The notes under the pieces were generated by a model. The model was not told the origin of the DNA and made no database searches. It saw nothing but the letters and a program-made list of their open reading frames with translations. From NCBI GenBank assembly GCA_965209065.1, contig OZ242373.1:646202-710201 (forward strand): a stretch of 64,000 nt of DNA. The letters are read 5' to 3'. Numbering within the stretch: position 1 is the stretch's first letter; every line of letters starts with the position of its first letter. This DNA comes from Alphaproteobacteria bacterium (GTDB lineage Bacteria > Pseudomonadota > Alphaproteobacteria > JAPOUT01 > G958296285). The position numbers and the translations under genes were made by a program. Shown here one piece after another: positions 50,901 to 60,691 of this stretch.

Positions 50901-53900
50901 AGCAGAATGTTGCTTGCGGTGAGCAAGGTTGCCCCCCTATTGTTGAAGTTGATTCCTCCTCGTTGAGCGGTCAAGGTCAAGGTAGCGTTGCCAATGTCAA
51001 TGGCGTTCGGGAGGTAAAGGTCAGCTAACTTCGCTATGATGGTTAAGTCTTTATTGCGACTAATAACCCAGTCAGGCACATCGAACACTTCGGGACCGGT
51101 GATGGTTATCTCAAGGCTATCCCTTAAAACGACCGGAAAGTTTAATGGCGTGTATAAAGAAAAGCCCGTTATGAATAAATCTCCTGTGCCGATGTTCAAC
51201 ACGCTAGGGATACCAACAAGAGCGTTTTCGGCGATGATGGTTAGGTTTTTATTCGTTGCTAGTGTCCATTGAGGAATGGTGAAGGTGGTTTCGCCTGTCC
51301 ATTTGAATGTGAGCGCATTGCGCGTTACGCTGTTTGCATCTGATATGGAAGGACCTTCAAGCCATAGGTTGCCCGTGCCGATGTCAATCGTAAGAGGCAG
51401 AATAAGCGGCGCTTGTTGAGAAATAACAGTTAAGTTTTTGTTTTGCACTATTGCCCATGCGGGAATAGAGGCGGTTGAACCCGTCCAAGTGATGTGGGTG
51501 TTGTTTCTAAAAAGAGTAGAGGAGTTCGTTAGGACTATATTTTGTCCTTCAAGCGTGATGTTGCCGGCAGGCGTGCCGCCGGTGGTGCGGAGATCAAAAT
51601 TACCATCAAGGGTGATATTTTCTATGGCAGTCAAGGTGAGGTCTTGATTGGTTTTGGTAGCAGGTCCCTTAGAAATAAGGGTTATACTTCTCGCCCTAAT
51701 GGTGGTTGAATCGTTTCCATCAAATATAATAGAGTGGCTACCAGAATTGACAGTAAACGAACCCGTGCCTAAATCAATAAAAAACGGCAAAATGATATTT
51801 GACTGAAGCGTAAAGGATGTATTTTGGTTTTTCTCCAAGAGCCAACCTAGAATTTGGAAATCATTTGGGTTGTTATAAATAAGCTCTATCCCACCTCGAA
51901 TAAAGTTGGGATTACCCACAATTAAGGTAGCGGTTATCTTTAATAGTCCCGTGCCAATATTATAATTACCATTTATGGTTAATGTCTCTAAGACCGTAAT
52001 CGTGAGCGCTTGGTTGCTTGAGAGGCGCGGCGTTCCGTTTGATGTCAAGGTTACTTCCCGCGCGGAGAGGGTGGTTGCGCCCTGAGAGTTAAAATTAATA
52101 GCCCCTGCTTGCGCTTCTATTACCACCGTGCCTGAACCAACATTAGCATTTCTAGGGATAAAAATGCCGCCTCGTGTAGCAATAATAGTCACATTTTTAT
52201 TTTCAAGGAAAGCCCATTGGTAAACATCAACCCTTCTTGCGTTCGTTAGCCTCATTATAAGGAAGTTTCTGTTAAAGCTCGTGGGAATAGTCGGCTGAGA
52301 TATAGAAAGAGCCGTGAGAGTAAGATTGCTCGTGCCAATATCAAATGCGCCATTTATTTTGGTTAAACCTGAAGTGGTTATGGTCAAATTTTGATTGCTC
52401 GCCACGGGGGCGCTACCCTGAGAAGTTAGCTCAACTCTTTTTGCCGTAATTACAGTTGCTCTATCATCTGCGAAGTTAATTGTATTCCTTGGACCTGAAA
52501 CCATTACCAAGACGCCGTCGGTAAAATCAAAACGCCCGCCAAACAAAATATCACCCCTTGCCCTAAGGGTGGCGTTTATGTTCACGAGGCTAGCGGCAGT
52601 GCCTGCCGAGAGGATAGTGATAGCATTCGCCTCTAATTCTATTGTGTTCCTACCGCTGTTAATAAATAGAACGCGTCCTACTTGCGCTTCAAACAGCAAG
52701 TTGCCTCCGCCAATATCTATATTATCCGACACGCTAATATCTGCGCTGACGGCTTTTACCGATAAATTCACATCTTCCACAACCGCCCAGCGTGGCGCGT
52801 AGGCGGTCGTCCCTGTCCATAGGAAAGTAATGCCGCGCAAGGTAATGCTGGTTGCTGTTCCGCTTATTGTTTCTGCGGTGATAAATAAATTGCCGTTTCC
52901 AATATCAATGGAGTCAGGTATTTGTAATGGGATTGCTTGCGCATCGACGTAGAGGTCGCTATTGACGGTCATTGCCCACTCGGGGATAGAAGCGGTCGTG
53001 CCCGTCCATGTTAGGAAAAGAGTCCCCCGCCTTATGATAGATGAACCGCTTGCGCTTGGAATAGAAAGTCTTAGCTCTCCATTGCCCATATTTACCAGTG
53101 CCGGCAGATCCAGCGTTGCGAAGAGCGAAGTGATGGATAAATTTTTATCTAATGCTATTGCCCAGTTTGGTATCGTAGCTGTAGTCCCTACCCAAGTAAT
53201 GTTTAAATCATTTCGCGTGAGGCTTGCGATGTTGGTAATTGAAGCAGCACTTAAATTAAGCACGCCACTGCTTCCATTCAAAGTAAGATGACCGCTTAGA
53301 GAAATTTTGTCGCTGGCGGTAAGGGTGAGTGTCGTAAAAGCAGTGTCAGCAAATACCGTTTGAGAATGTAAGGTGATGTTTTTGGCATTATAAACCGTGT
53401 TCTCGATATACTGTATGCGCCCTACTTGAGCGTTGATTTCTAAATTACCGTTTCCAATATCAATGAGGCGCGGCGGCGTGATATTAGCGGTGCGCGCGGT
53501 AAAAATGAAATTTACACCAAATTGAATAATCCACGGAGGCAAGACAGCATCTGCGGTGCCGGTATAAGTAATATCGAAAGTGGCAGCTTTGAAGCTTGGG
53601 TTGCCGATGAAGGCTTGAGCGGTGACGAACAAAGTGCCGGTGCCAATATCATAATTACCTAAGAGAGTTAGCGTCCGTGATGTGACCGACAGGGTAAGGT
53701 CTTGATTGCTCGGCGTGCTGGGTGTGCCTGCTGAATCGATGGAGAGGTCTTCTACCGTGTTAATAGAAGTGGGTATCGTGCTAGAAAAGGAGATTGGATC
53801 AACCGTGGAGATGAAGGAGAGATCATCTAATCCACTAATGGAGCCATTGAGGCTTATCGCGCGCGCGGTAATGACGGTTGAGCGGGCAAAGGTAGCTACC

Positions 53901-56900
53901 GCATTGCCGTTAAGCGTAATACTAAACCGCGCGCCTGAGACTGGGGCTCTGGTGGTTAAGTTTATTTGCGGTATGGATAAGGACATACTATTATTTACGG
54001 TCAAAGCCAAAGAAGCATCTGGTTCGATAGCAGTCGTGCGAATGGAACTAATAGCAGCCGTCAAGGTAATAGAAATAACATTAGCCGTTAAGGATACATT
54101 TTCTCTCATGAGGTCAATATCTAAAGCCGAAATAGCAAAGCTTGCGTTCTCGAAAACGACATTACCAAAATCAAAGCCGACATTCCTTTCAAGCGCGTTG
54201 ATTACTAGAATTCTACCATTTTGGAATAAATCCGCTGTCACATCGACCCTGCCCGTTCCCAAATAGTTTAGAGTAAGACGCGCGGGCAATAAATCACCCG
54301 GAAATGTAATATCTGTGCTTTCTAAAGTAACGGCGTTAGCATTCAAGTCGCTATTAATCGTGACGCTCTGTGTGCCAATAATCGTAACATCAAGCGCGCG
54401 CTCGGCTTGGTTGAGGATTCCCGCCATTGCCTCCGCTGTTGTTCCATCTGATGTTAGTGAAATCGTGTTTGCCCTTAAAGTAATATCTGCGTTTTGTGGG
54501 AAAAGAATTTTGCCTGTGCCTTGCGAGTCTAGCGCGAGGTCGTAACTACCGAGATTGATATTCCTAGCAAGATTGATACTACCTTGCGAAGTTACAGATA
54601 AATCACCCATAGTTACATTTATATCGTTGAGGGTGATATTGCCGCCTGTTTCTACATTTACGGTCATATTGATTGGGTTTGTGTCGCTACTTGAATTAGC
54701 TAAGATTGAAAAATTCCGCACCGTGATAGCTACTCCCTTTTTCACGGAGGTGTCTATACTTAAAAAGAGAGTTTGTGTTGCGTTATTTCTTTCTGCGCTA
54801 ATTGTCATCAGCCCTTTAGGGGATACTCCTGTTGGCGCCCCCCTAATGGTAGCCGAGCTATCCTCGGGCACGGTCAAGGAAATTTCAGTCTTTGCCCGTG
54901 TGAGAGTATCAGGCTCACCAGCAAAAAAACCGAAGTGATAATAGAGGAAAGAAAAGCTAGTCGCTTTTATCTCTGTGCTTGTTGATACTGCAGATATCCT
55001 CAAACCAAGGACGGAAAGCGTTCCCGTGCCAATATCAATAATCCCATCAAAAATAACTTCCGGAGCGGCAAGTGAAAGATTTTTATTACTTGGAACAATG
55101 GTTGTCCCTGCAGGTGTTTTAGAAGTAATTTTAAGCGTTCTCTCCGAAATTAAATTAATATTCTTACTTGTTGTAAAATTAATTTGAGTATTTGCTTTTA
55201 CTTCTAACAGACTACCCCCGGCAAGAGTATTATTCACATTGATAATATCCCCCTCAAAAGTGAGTGCTGCAAGGCTTGCCACGAGAGGATTAATGGTAAT
55301 ACTATTCGTTGCTACAAATCTAACATCTCTGCCGCTCACAGTGATAGTGCCCCCATTACTAAAAGTTATATTATCCCCCTCTAGGGTTATCGATGCACCA
55401 GCGGCTGAAGTGTCATTTATCTTAGTCAAATTGGTTAGGGTTAAGTTACCGCCGACGGTGAGGTCGGCGTCAGAAATGTAGGTTGGCGTGTTTATGGTTA
55501 GCGCGCCATTGGTTTTATTGACATTATTAGAAATCGTAATAGACGTTGTGCCGCGAAGCGTAAGTGCACTTGTAGTGGTAAAGGTAGTAGTAGTTGCTGT
55601 TGCGCTAGATATCTCTAACACATCACTCGTTATGGTCATAGCGGTGTTAGCTGGAAAGTTTATAGTGGAAACCTCGCTTATCAAAACGGCGGCACTGGAG
55701 GTGATGCTTCTATTGATATTGAGTGTTGGCGCTTCTAAAATAAGCACGCCGTTCGTTTGATTGATAACTCTATCGATTGTAATAGAAGTTCCCCCATCTA
55801 AAGTGATTGCCCCGCCATTAGTGCTAGACAGGGTGGTCGCTGTTGTTCCGCCTTCTATCCTCACATTATTTCCCCCTAGCGTTATCGAGCTACCCAAGGT
55901 TGAAGAGTTTCTTATTGTGGAGATTTCCTCTAGGATTAAATCACCTGTAGTAGAGGCGCTAGCACCGCTATTGAGTGTTGGCGTGTCTAAGATAAGATTG
56001 TTAGTTAATTTATTAATACTATTCCCAATAGTAAGAGATGTTGTGCCGTTAAACGTAGCCGTGCCTGAGCCGTCAATCGTAATCGTTGGTGAGCCACTGA
56101 TATTTATCGTCCTGCCCCTCATGGTGATTGCTGGATTAGCGGAAGTAACAGGGAAATTTATTCTTAACACATTCCTTATTATCAAATCACCGCTAGTGGT
56201 GACGTTGCTATTGCTATTGAATCTTGGTCCGTCTAGAACAAGCGACCCACTACCCGTTTGATTGACAATTTTATTGAATATGGTGGCTTCGCTAGATGTA
56301 AAAACTGTCCTCACGTTACCGGTTATGGTAATTGTTGCCGCGCCATCGACGCTCACATCTTCGCCTTTTAGGGTTATAGAAGAGCGCCCCCTACTCGCTG
56401 CAGTGTTAGCTAGCGTAGTGAGATTGTTTAGAGATAAATCGCCCCTAGTGGTGATGTTGCTAGAGATATTGATCGTTGGCGCGCTTATAGTGAGCGAGCC
56501 GACTACTAGATTGGCAAATTCATTTTCTTGATTCAAGTCGCTGTTAATAATAACACTCAGTGAGCCAGTAAGCCTAAGCACACGCGAACCCCTTATATTA
56601 ATTGTTGATGCGCCACTGATACTTAGCGTCCTAGCCGATAGGAATCTTGAGGTGTCGCTGCCGAAAGTTGGAAAGTTCATGGTGCTAACATTTTGTATTG
56701 TCAAGGCGCCGGTAGTGCTAACGCTACTATTGAAAGTGATTGTTGGCGCATCTAAGGTAAGACTGCCATTCGTTTTATTAATAGCATCAGTAATCGTTAT
56801 AGAAGTCCCTGCCCTTAATATGACTCTGCCGTTAAAATTTTGAATAGCAGTAGGTGTGATAGTATTGATGGAACCACCATCATTGACTCGAATATCACCG

Positions 56901-57817
56901 CCTCTATTTGTAAGCAGACTATTACTATTGGGGGAAATGCTTCTTACAACAATGTTACTGGGGTCAATTAAAAGTTCGCCTGCTTTAATATCAGCTAGAT
57001 TAAGAGGGCCAAGGGTCTCCTTGCCTGATATTTCAACAAAGCCCTCGTTACTTCCTTGCGTGGAGTCTATCTTACCTTCAAAAAAGGTAGTGTCGTCTGA
57101 CCACACAATCACACGCGGCGCGATGATAGAAGTGTTCGGCTCTATATAGGTTAATTGAGATTTGGCAATCGTGCCGCCTCCTTGATAATCACCTCCAATT
57201 AAAACTTCTTTGCTTGCTCTTATGTCAGCGCCCGAAGCAATGCGCACTTCGTTCACGCCCTCTACGATAACTCTGCTCGCTTGAACCGCACCGCCAATAT
57301 TGACAACATTCTCCTTGCCTAAACTTTGGAAATGAACTTTGCCTTGAGGCGAAGTAATCGAACCACGCGCAACAACATCTCCCGCGCGCGCCGAAGCAAG
57401 CAAGCCGCCCACATTCACCACCGAGCCTTCGTTAAAACGAATCCCCGCAGGGTTCTCTAACGAAACGCGTCCGTTCGCCCTAAGTGTGCCAGATATATTT
57501 GTTGTTGCATCATTGCGCACCTTAATAGAAATAAGCGATGAAGCTGATGGCTGTGTAATACGAACGACCTCGCCTTTAGCGATGTCAAAACTTTGCCAGC
57601 TTGTCGTTAGGGTGTCGCTTTCTTGCTGAATGTTTAAGGGGTCGGCGAGATTCCCTGCTCCCGCTTCTATGCGCCCACCGCTTGGGGCGGCATAGGCAGA
57701 GCCAGCCATTAAACCCATAAGGGTTAGCGCCAAAACCCCTAAAAACCCTAAAACATTAGTGGTTTTTGGAATTTTCACAAAAAATATGTCCAAAAATATG
57801 TTCTGTATAGAACTCAT
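47945..57817 (-). CDS. Giant TPS-domain secreted exoprotein (3290 aa), paralog of the 3760-aa gene
   Basis: N-terminal region with an extended signal peptide. Its TPS domain is almost identical at the nucleotide level to that of the 3760-aa gene (compare 57390-57640 with 47430-47680). Mosaic homology continues along the length (for example 53700-54270 versus 42900-43550). The C-terminal regions are diverged. Confidence 0.85.
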   Translation of the reverse strand: MSSIQNIFLDIFFVKIPKTTNVLGFLGVLALTLMGLMAGSAYAAPSGGRIEAGAGNLADPLNIQQESDTLTTSWQSFDIAKGEVVRITQPSASSLISIKVRNDATTNISGTLRANGRVSLENPAGIRFNEGSVVNVGGLLASARAGDVVARGSITSPQGKVHFQSLGKENVVNIGGAVQASRVIVEGVNEVRIASGADIRASKEVLIGGDYQGGGTIAKSQLTYIEPNTSIIAPRVIVWSDDTTFFEGKIDSTQGSNEGFVEISGKETLGPLNLADIKAGELLIDPSNIVVRSISPNSNSLLTNRGGDIRVNDGGSINTITPTAIQNFNGRVILRAGTSITITDAINKTNGSLTLDAPTITFNSSVSTTGALTIQNVSTMNFPTFGSDTSRFLSARTLSISGASTINIRGSRVLRLTGSLSVIINSDLNQENEFANLVVGSLTISAPTINISSNITTRGDLSLNNLTTLANTAASRGRSSITLKGEDVSVDGAATITITGNVRTVFTSSEATIFNKIVNQTGSGSLVLDGPRFNSNSNVTTSGDLIIRNVLRINFPVTSANPAITMRGRTINISGSPTITIDGSGTATFNGTTSLTIGNSINKLTNNLILDTPTLNSGASASTTGDLILEEISTIRNSSTLGSSITLGGNNVRIEGGTTATTLSSTNGGAITLDGGTSITIDRVINQTNGVLILEAPTLNINRSITSSAAVLISEVSTINFPANTAMTITSDVLEISSATATTTTFTTTSALTLRGTTSITISNNVNKTNGALTINTPTYISDADLTVGGNLTLTNLTKINDTSAAGASITLEGDNITFSNGGTITVSGRDVRFVATNSITINPLVASLAALTFEGDIINVNNTLAGGSLLEVKANTQINFTTSKNINLISERTLKITSKTPAGTTIVPSNKNLSLAAPEVIFDGIIDIGTGTLSVLGLRISAVSTSTEIKATSFSFLYYHFGFFAGEPDTLTRAKTEISLTVPEDSSATIRGAPTGVSPKGLMTISAERNNATQTLFLSIDTSVKKGVAITVRNFSILANSSSDTNPINMTVNVETGGNITLNDINVTMGDLSVTSQGSINLARNINLGSYDLALDSQGTGKILFPQNADITLRANTISLTSDGTTAEAMAGILNQAERALDVTIIGTQSVTINSDLNANAVTLESTDITFPGDLLPARLTLNYLGTGRVDVTADLFQNGRILVINALERNVGFDFGNVVFENASFAISALDIDLMRENVSLTANVISITLTAAISSIRTTAIEPDASLALTVNNSMSLSIPQINLTTRAPVSGARFSITLNGNAVATFARSTVITARAISLNGSISGLDDLSFISTVDPISFSSTIPTSINTVEDLSIDSAGTPSTPSNQDLTLSVTSRTLTLLGNYDIGTGTLFVTAQAFIGNPSFKAATFDITYTGTADAVLPPWIIQFGVNFIFTARTANITPPRLIDIGNGNLEINAQVGRIQYIENTVYNAKNITLHSQTVFADTAFTTLTLTASDKISLSGHLTLNGSSGVLNLSAASITNIASLTRNDLNITWVGTTATIPNWAIALDKNLSITSLFATLDLPALVNMGNGELRLSIPSASGSSIIRRGTLFLTWTGTTASIPEWAMTVNSDLYVDAQAIPLQIPDSIDIGNGNLFITAETISGTATSITLRGITFLWTGTTAYAPRWAVVEDVNLSVKAVSADISVSDNIDIGGGNLLFEAQVGRVLFINSGRNTIELEANAITILSAGTAASLVNINATLRARGDILFGGRFDFTDGVLVMVSGPRNTINFADDRATVITAKRVELTSQGSAPVASNQNLTITTSGLTKINGAFDIGTSNLTLTALSISQPTIPTSFNRNFLIMRLTNARRVDVYQWAFLENKNVTIIATRGGIFIPRNANVGSGTVVIEAQAGAINFNSQGATTLSAREVTLTSNGTPRLSSNQALTITVLETLTINGNYNIGTGLLKITATLIVGNPNFIRGGIELIYNNPNDFQILGWLLEKNQNTSFTLQSNIILPFFIDLGTGSFTVNSGSHSIIFDGNDSTTIRARSITLISKGPATKTNQDLTLTAIENITLDGNFDLRTTGGTPAGNITLEGQNIVLTNSSTLFRNNTHITWTGSTASIPAWAIVQNKNLTVISQQAPLILPLTIDIGTGNLWLEGPSISDANSVTRNALTFKWTGETTFTIPQWTLATNKNLTIIAENALVGIPSVLNIGTGDLFITGFSLYTPLNFPVVLRDSLEITITGPEVFDVPDWVISRNKDLTIIAKLADLYLPNAIDIGNATLTLTAQRGGINFNNRGATLLTASNILLTSNGNPARSQHNLIIEAENTLSLTGNFDTGVGDIVITTSEFSVVEAGIKRGSLTIIWNGIENFFIKDWMIAMNSNLVIVSQSANITVDRDINIGAGHLTLNAPIIGSILVSPVITLGSLEVVWKSQNPFAVPNWMMIRNRSVSIIAETADISFPTIVNLGAGHLRVSALAGAVNFDTQAETIVNVGDLTIASVSASQRASHQNIVITSLGSVLLEGHINIGTGNLTVRSGIGGAISFSKNFPTQISAANITLGSNRKPVASNQDLTLTAIETLSLRGRFDIGTGNLVVSAGRVGATVATLNRNALTFTWSGAQTAFIPQWAIDENGDMSVTVLQAGIILPPSLEIGDGALTINSAGVINFATTATGTISARSISLTASNDNGLSPSNQTLILTALENISLVGSFDFGTGNVTLNAERIFILGNSKLVANDIYINTNSKDIDVSSPTTASLEITADNNLTFNDRQKLFSLELDGLMIIADNEIEIQTSATFSAATIHVGGVIKAAENNFTLTALTNGGITFADDRHTVIEGESISLVSPSEQATFSNRNLTIRANRNITLEGYFLLGEGDVWLIAGNNGKLGVINFVSTPSFAAERYRLEQNGAFFASEKPANFYFANNQIDISPLIIYTGIELFQPAVDWAHQFIVRTGDEGIDLMTLLEVGEEYFGASFADGVFDFGDIPLILITSGDIDLTGIENTNRPLVIRASSIVLSGRRIKTSSNDDVINHLILEATHNVLIDADITSTHDITIRAAAINFSFYKPILIEANNINFDSRGLPIANNQNVILRSEQDISLQGQLNIGLASLRLEAGGRIKSIPSPGEEMRDVEIRANRIFHSAGRFNDENDPSHSFTLQAANDIHLVNHLVINGSITLRAGGTIFFSTGGAGSHRVEARGEESSIFLQQRQSTNYNRAVELISESIMLIGFELVERITSNTFDGRLLLTALGGHDITLPLLASARSIADMDMPFLTNSLCFSVNSNICP

Positions 57818-58008
57818 AACCTCTTATCTAAATCTCCTCTATTTGTGTTGAATAAAAGAGCCAAAGAACTCCCTATTATCATAATTTGTTTATTATATCG
57901 GTAGTTTCTATATTATGCTTATTTTCTGTATTTTCAAGTAAATTTTAGTAAAATTGATGCTCTGCCAATAAAATGTGATGAGAAAAGGAAAAAACGCCGA
58001 AATTAAGG

Positions 58009-58085
58009 CGGAGTGTGGCGCAGCCAGGTAGCGCACCTCGTTCGGGACGAGGGGGTCGCAGGTTCAAATCCTGCCACTCCGACCA
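58009..58085 (+). tRNA. tRNA-Pro (anticodon CGG), CCA encoded
   Basis: Plus-strand cloverleaf CGGAGTG...CCTCG-TTCGGGA-CGAGG...CACTCCG-A-CCA. Confidence 0.85.
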
Positions 58086-58136
58086 TGTTAATGGCCAGTA
58101 TTAAGGACTTATTTACCATTCACGGCATTATGATTA

Positions 58137-58212
58137 TGGCGACCTCGGAAGGACTCGAACCTTCAACCCTCGGCTTAGAAGGCCGATGCTCTATCCTTTG
58201 AGCTACGAGGCC
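58137..58212 (-). tRNA. tRNA-Arg (anticodon UCU)
   Basis: Minus-strand cloverleaf GGCCTCGTAGCTCAAAGGATAGAGC...CTTCTAA...GGTTCGAGTCC...CGAGGTCGCCA. Confidence 0.85.
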
Positions 58213-58233
58213 TCACGCCTAGCCTATCGCATA

Positions 58234-58545
58234 TTAGTGTGTCCATAAGTCGCGCCGATTTGGGCTAAAATTATCGGTATAGGAGCTACCCTTGCGCTTA
58301 TGCTCAGAGGGCATTTTCAGCTCGTAATCGATGCCCTTACGCTCGACATAGGCGATGGCTGCTTCTTTGGACGGAAACTCCATACGAATCTGCGAGCGCA
58401 TATCGTCTGACCCCGTCCAGCCGGTGAAGTCATCGAGCAGACGCTTACGCTCGGGGTCATACTCCAAGACCCACGACTTGGTTTTGCGTCTCCCCGATTG
58501 AGTCGCCACCTTTTCGGGACGATAGATTCTCGCTCTTATTGGCAT
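58234..58545 (-). CDS. NDUFS4-like 'ETC complex I subunit conserved region' protein
   Basis: 103 aa. IYRPEKVATQSGRRKTKSWVLEYDP...GWTGSDDMRSQIRMEFPSKEAAIAYVERKGIDY matches the alphaproteobacterial NDUFS4-homolog family. Confidence 0.75.
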   Translation of the reverse strand: MPIRARIYRPEKVATQSGRRKTKSWVLEYDPERKRLLDDFTGWTGSDDMRSQIRMEFPSKEAAIAYVERKGIDYELKMPSEHKRKGSSYTDNFSPNRRDLWTH

Positions 58546-58603
58546 AGGGTTACCTTATAGCCTTTTTCTCTTTTTTTCAAGTCTAGACGCGTTAGTGGCA
58601 CGC

Positions 58604-59917
58604 CTAGCGTGCGATGCGGCGCAGGGTTTGAGCTCCAAACTCTTTTTCTTTCACTTTGGCAGAGATATTGGTCGGCGCGAAGTCATTTTTGACATTATCC
58701 ACCAAGTAATAATCTTGGTCGAAGTAATAAATAACGTCAAAGTCCTGAAGGCATGCCGGTTCCTCATAATAATTTTTGATGAAGCCGACCTGCCCGCGAA
58801 ACAGCTTGTTTGATTTATCATAAATATCGGTAGCGGTGAAAATGCCGCTATCTTCATCGGCGTAAAACACGCGCCGCGGATAAAGATGGCGCTCGCCTTT
58901 TTTGAGCGTCGCCTCTATGACCCAAACGCGATGCAGCTCATAGCGTATAAATTGCTGATTCAAATGACGCGCTTGTATCAACTTTTTGGACGGCACCGAC
59001 GTTGCTTGATAAACGTTATAAGGAATGTAAATTTCTTTTTTACCAATCAGCTTCCAATTATATTTATCGGGTGAGCCGTTATACAAAAACAAGTCGTCAG
59101 AGATGCGCAGCCCGCCATAAGAGCCCATTGGCGAATCATAAGCAGCAGAAGAGCCCGGCACTCTAGCGGTGCGGCGGCGCTCGACATTATACACAAAGCC
59201 GCGCCTAAACTCTTTGACTTGGTCTATCGTATTGGTAAAAGAAAACATTTGTCCGGCAACCCTTGGCGGCGCTACAAATTCAGCGAACCACTCAAAGTGG
59301 TCATTTTTTGCCATTCGGCTTTTCGCTGTTTTAGGATTGGCGTAATAGAATAATTTCTTTTGCTTCTTAATAATAGGAACATAGCTACCATTCGGATAAA
59401 CCGCCGCACTGAATACTCTATCGCTGTGGGCTAATCCTTGATAGGAAAAACTATGATTCCAATAAAGTTCAACAGGGTTTTTAGAATTAGGAAACGGTGT
59501 TGCGATAGTAGCACCCTCAACGCCAGAGCCGCCATTGGTAAGGCGTGCGGTTTTAGCGTTCTTTTCAATCGCACGATAAACGCTCTGCGGCAAAGAGCAA
59601 GATCGCCTACTCTTATAAATATTCATCTTATAAGTGCGCGGATAGCGTTTTATCATATTGTAATGCATCGCAGTTAAGTTCTTTTTATATTTCTCAACAT
59701 TGGCAGCCGAAATAGTAAAGAGCACTTTGTCTTTAGCGAAGGGGTCTATGTGATGTTTGCCTTTTTGATAGCCGCGCGGTGGTTTCGTGATGCCGCCCGT
59801 CCAAGCGGGAATTGTCCCCGCGCGATTGCCTTCTTTGATAGCGCCGGTTGGTGTTTGCGCTGCTTCTAGTGTTTGTGTCGCAAAAAACAATAATGCGAAT
59901 AAAAATAAACGATACAT
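58604..59917 (-). CDS. Secreted hypothetical protein (possibly DUF1329/LolA-like family)
   Basis: 437 aa with a clear signal peptide (MYRLFLFALLFFATQTLEA). The family assignment is from memory only and is weak. Confidence 0.55.
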   Translation of the reverse strand: MYRLFLFALLFFATQTLEAAQTPTGAIKEGNRAGTIPAWTGGITKPPRGYQKGKHHIDPFAKDKVLFTISAANVEKYKKNLTAMHYNMIKRYPRTYKMNIYKSRRSCSLPQSVYRAIEKNAKTARLTNGGSGVEGATIATPFPNSKNPVELYWNHSFSYQGLAHSDRVFSAAVYPNGSYVPIIKKQKKLFYYANPKTAKSRMAKNDHFEWFAEFVAPPRVAGQMFSFTNTIDQVKEFRRGFVYNVERRRTARVPGSSAAYDSPMGSYGGLRISDDLFLYNGSPDKYNWKLIGKKEIYIPYNVYQATSVPSKKLIQARHLNQQFIRYELHRVWVIEATLKKGERHLYPRRVFYADEDSGIFTATDIYDKSNKLFRGQVGFIKNYYEEPACLQDFDVIYYFDQDYYLVDNVKNDFAPTNISAKVKEKEFGAQTLRRIAR

Positions 59918-59951
59918 ATGTCCTCCTGTTGTTTTGTATATTATAAGTTTT

Positions 59952-60671
59952 TTATATTTTTAGCAATATATCAGTAAGCGCGCTGGGTTTAGAGAAAAAA
60001 GGCGAATGGTCGGTATCAAGCGAAACAATCTCCTTGATGGCGAGGTTTTCAGCCATTTTTCTTTGCCCATCGGGTCTAATTGCCTTGTCCCTCTCGCAGA
60101 CAATCGCCATTTTCGGCACTCTGCCTAAATTTTCTTCGCTCCAATGAACCGGCTGGCGCAACGCGCGCAGAGGCTCTAGGCAAAGTTTGGCTTTAGCGAA
60201 AGCTATATCATCAAGGGGAGTTTCATTATAAAAAATGTCTTTGATTTTTTCTTTTTTTATTCCCACGCCCCCGCGCAAGAAATGAACCTTTTGGTCTTCG
60301 GGTTGAATGGGAGAGACATCAGGCGCGAGGTCGGCGAGGCTCTTGCCCGAAGGCGGCACGAACGCGCACAAATAAACCAGCTTCTTTATCCTATCGGGAT
60401 ATTTCTCCCCCAAAGCCGTAATGGACATACCGCCCATGCTGTGTCCGACAAGAATAACGGGTTCGTCTGCCCTTTCTATTATTTTAGACATTTTTTTGAT
60501 GTAGGTAGCCAAGGTTGTTGTCCAAGGCAGAATTTTGCGCAAACTCCCGCTTTTATGGGCGGGCATGCTGGGCGCGTCTATCTTATGACCTGCTGCTTCT
60601 AAAATAGTATGAACCTTATGCCAGCACCATCTGCCGTGCCACGCGCCGTGAATCAAGACATAATGAGCCAT
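59952..60671 (-). CDS. Alpha/beta hydrolase (esterase; SABP2/methylesterase-like)
   Basis: 239 aa. The N-terminus HYVLIHGAWHGRWCWHKV and the nucleophile elbow GHSMGG. Confidence 0.8.
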   Translation of the reverse strand: MAHYVLIHGAWHGRWCWHKVHTILEAAGHKIDAPSMPAHKSGSLRKILPWTTTLATYIKKMSKIIERADEPVILVGHSMGGMSITALGEKYPDRIKKLVYLCAFVPPSGKSLADLAPDVSPIQPEDQKVHFLRGGVGIKKEKIKDIFYNETPLDDIAFAKAKLCLEPLRALRQPVHWSEENLGRVPKMAIVCERDKAIRPDGQRKMAENLAIKEIVSLDTDHSPFFSKPSALTDILLKI

Positions 60672-60691
60672 CTTTCCTCCTATTGGATTAT

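Noticed and set aside
36621-57149. Dozens of plus-strand ORFs opposite the giant TPS genes (for example 39531-40373, 40386-40919, 45054-46331, 53706-54266)
   Set aside because: They are antisense translations of Thr/Ser/Asn/Gly-rich beta-helix repeats. They give hydrophobic pseudo-proteins, and their periodicity simply mirrors the sense-strand repeats.
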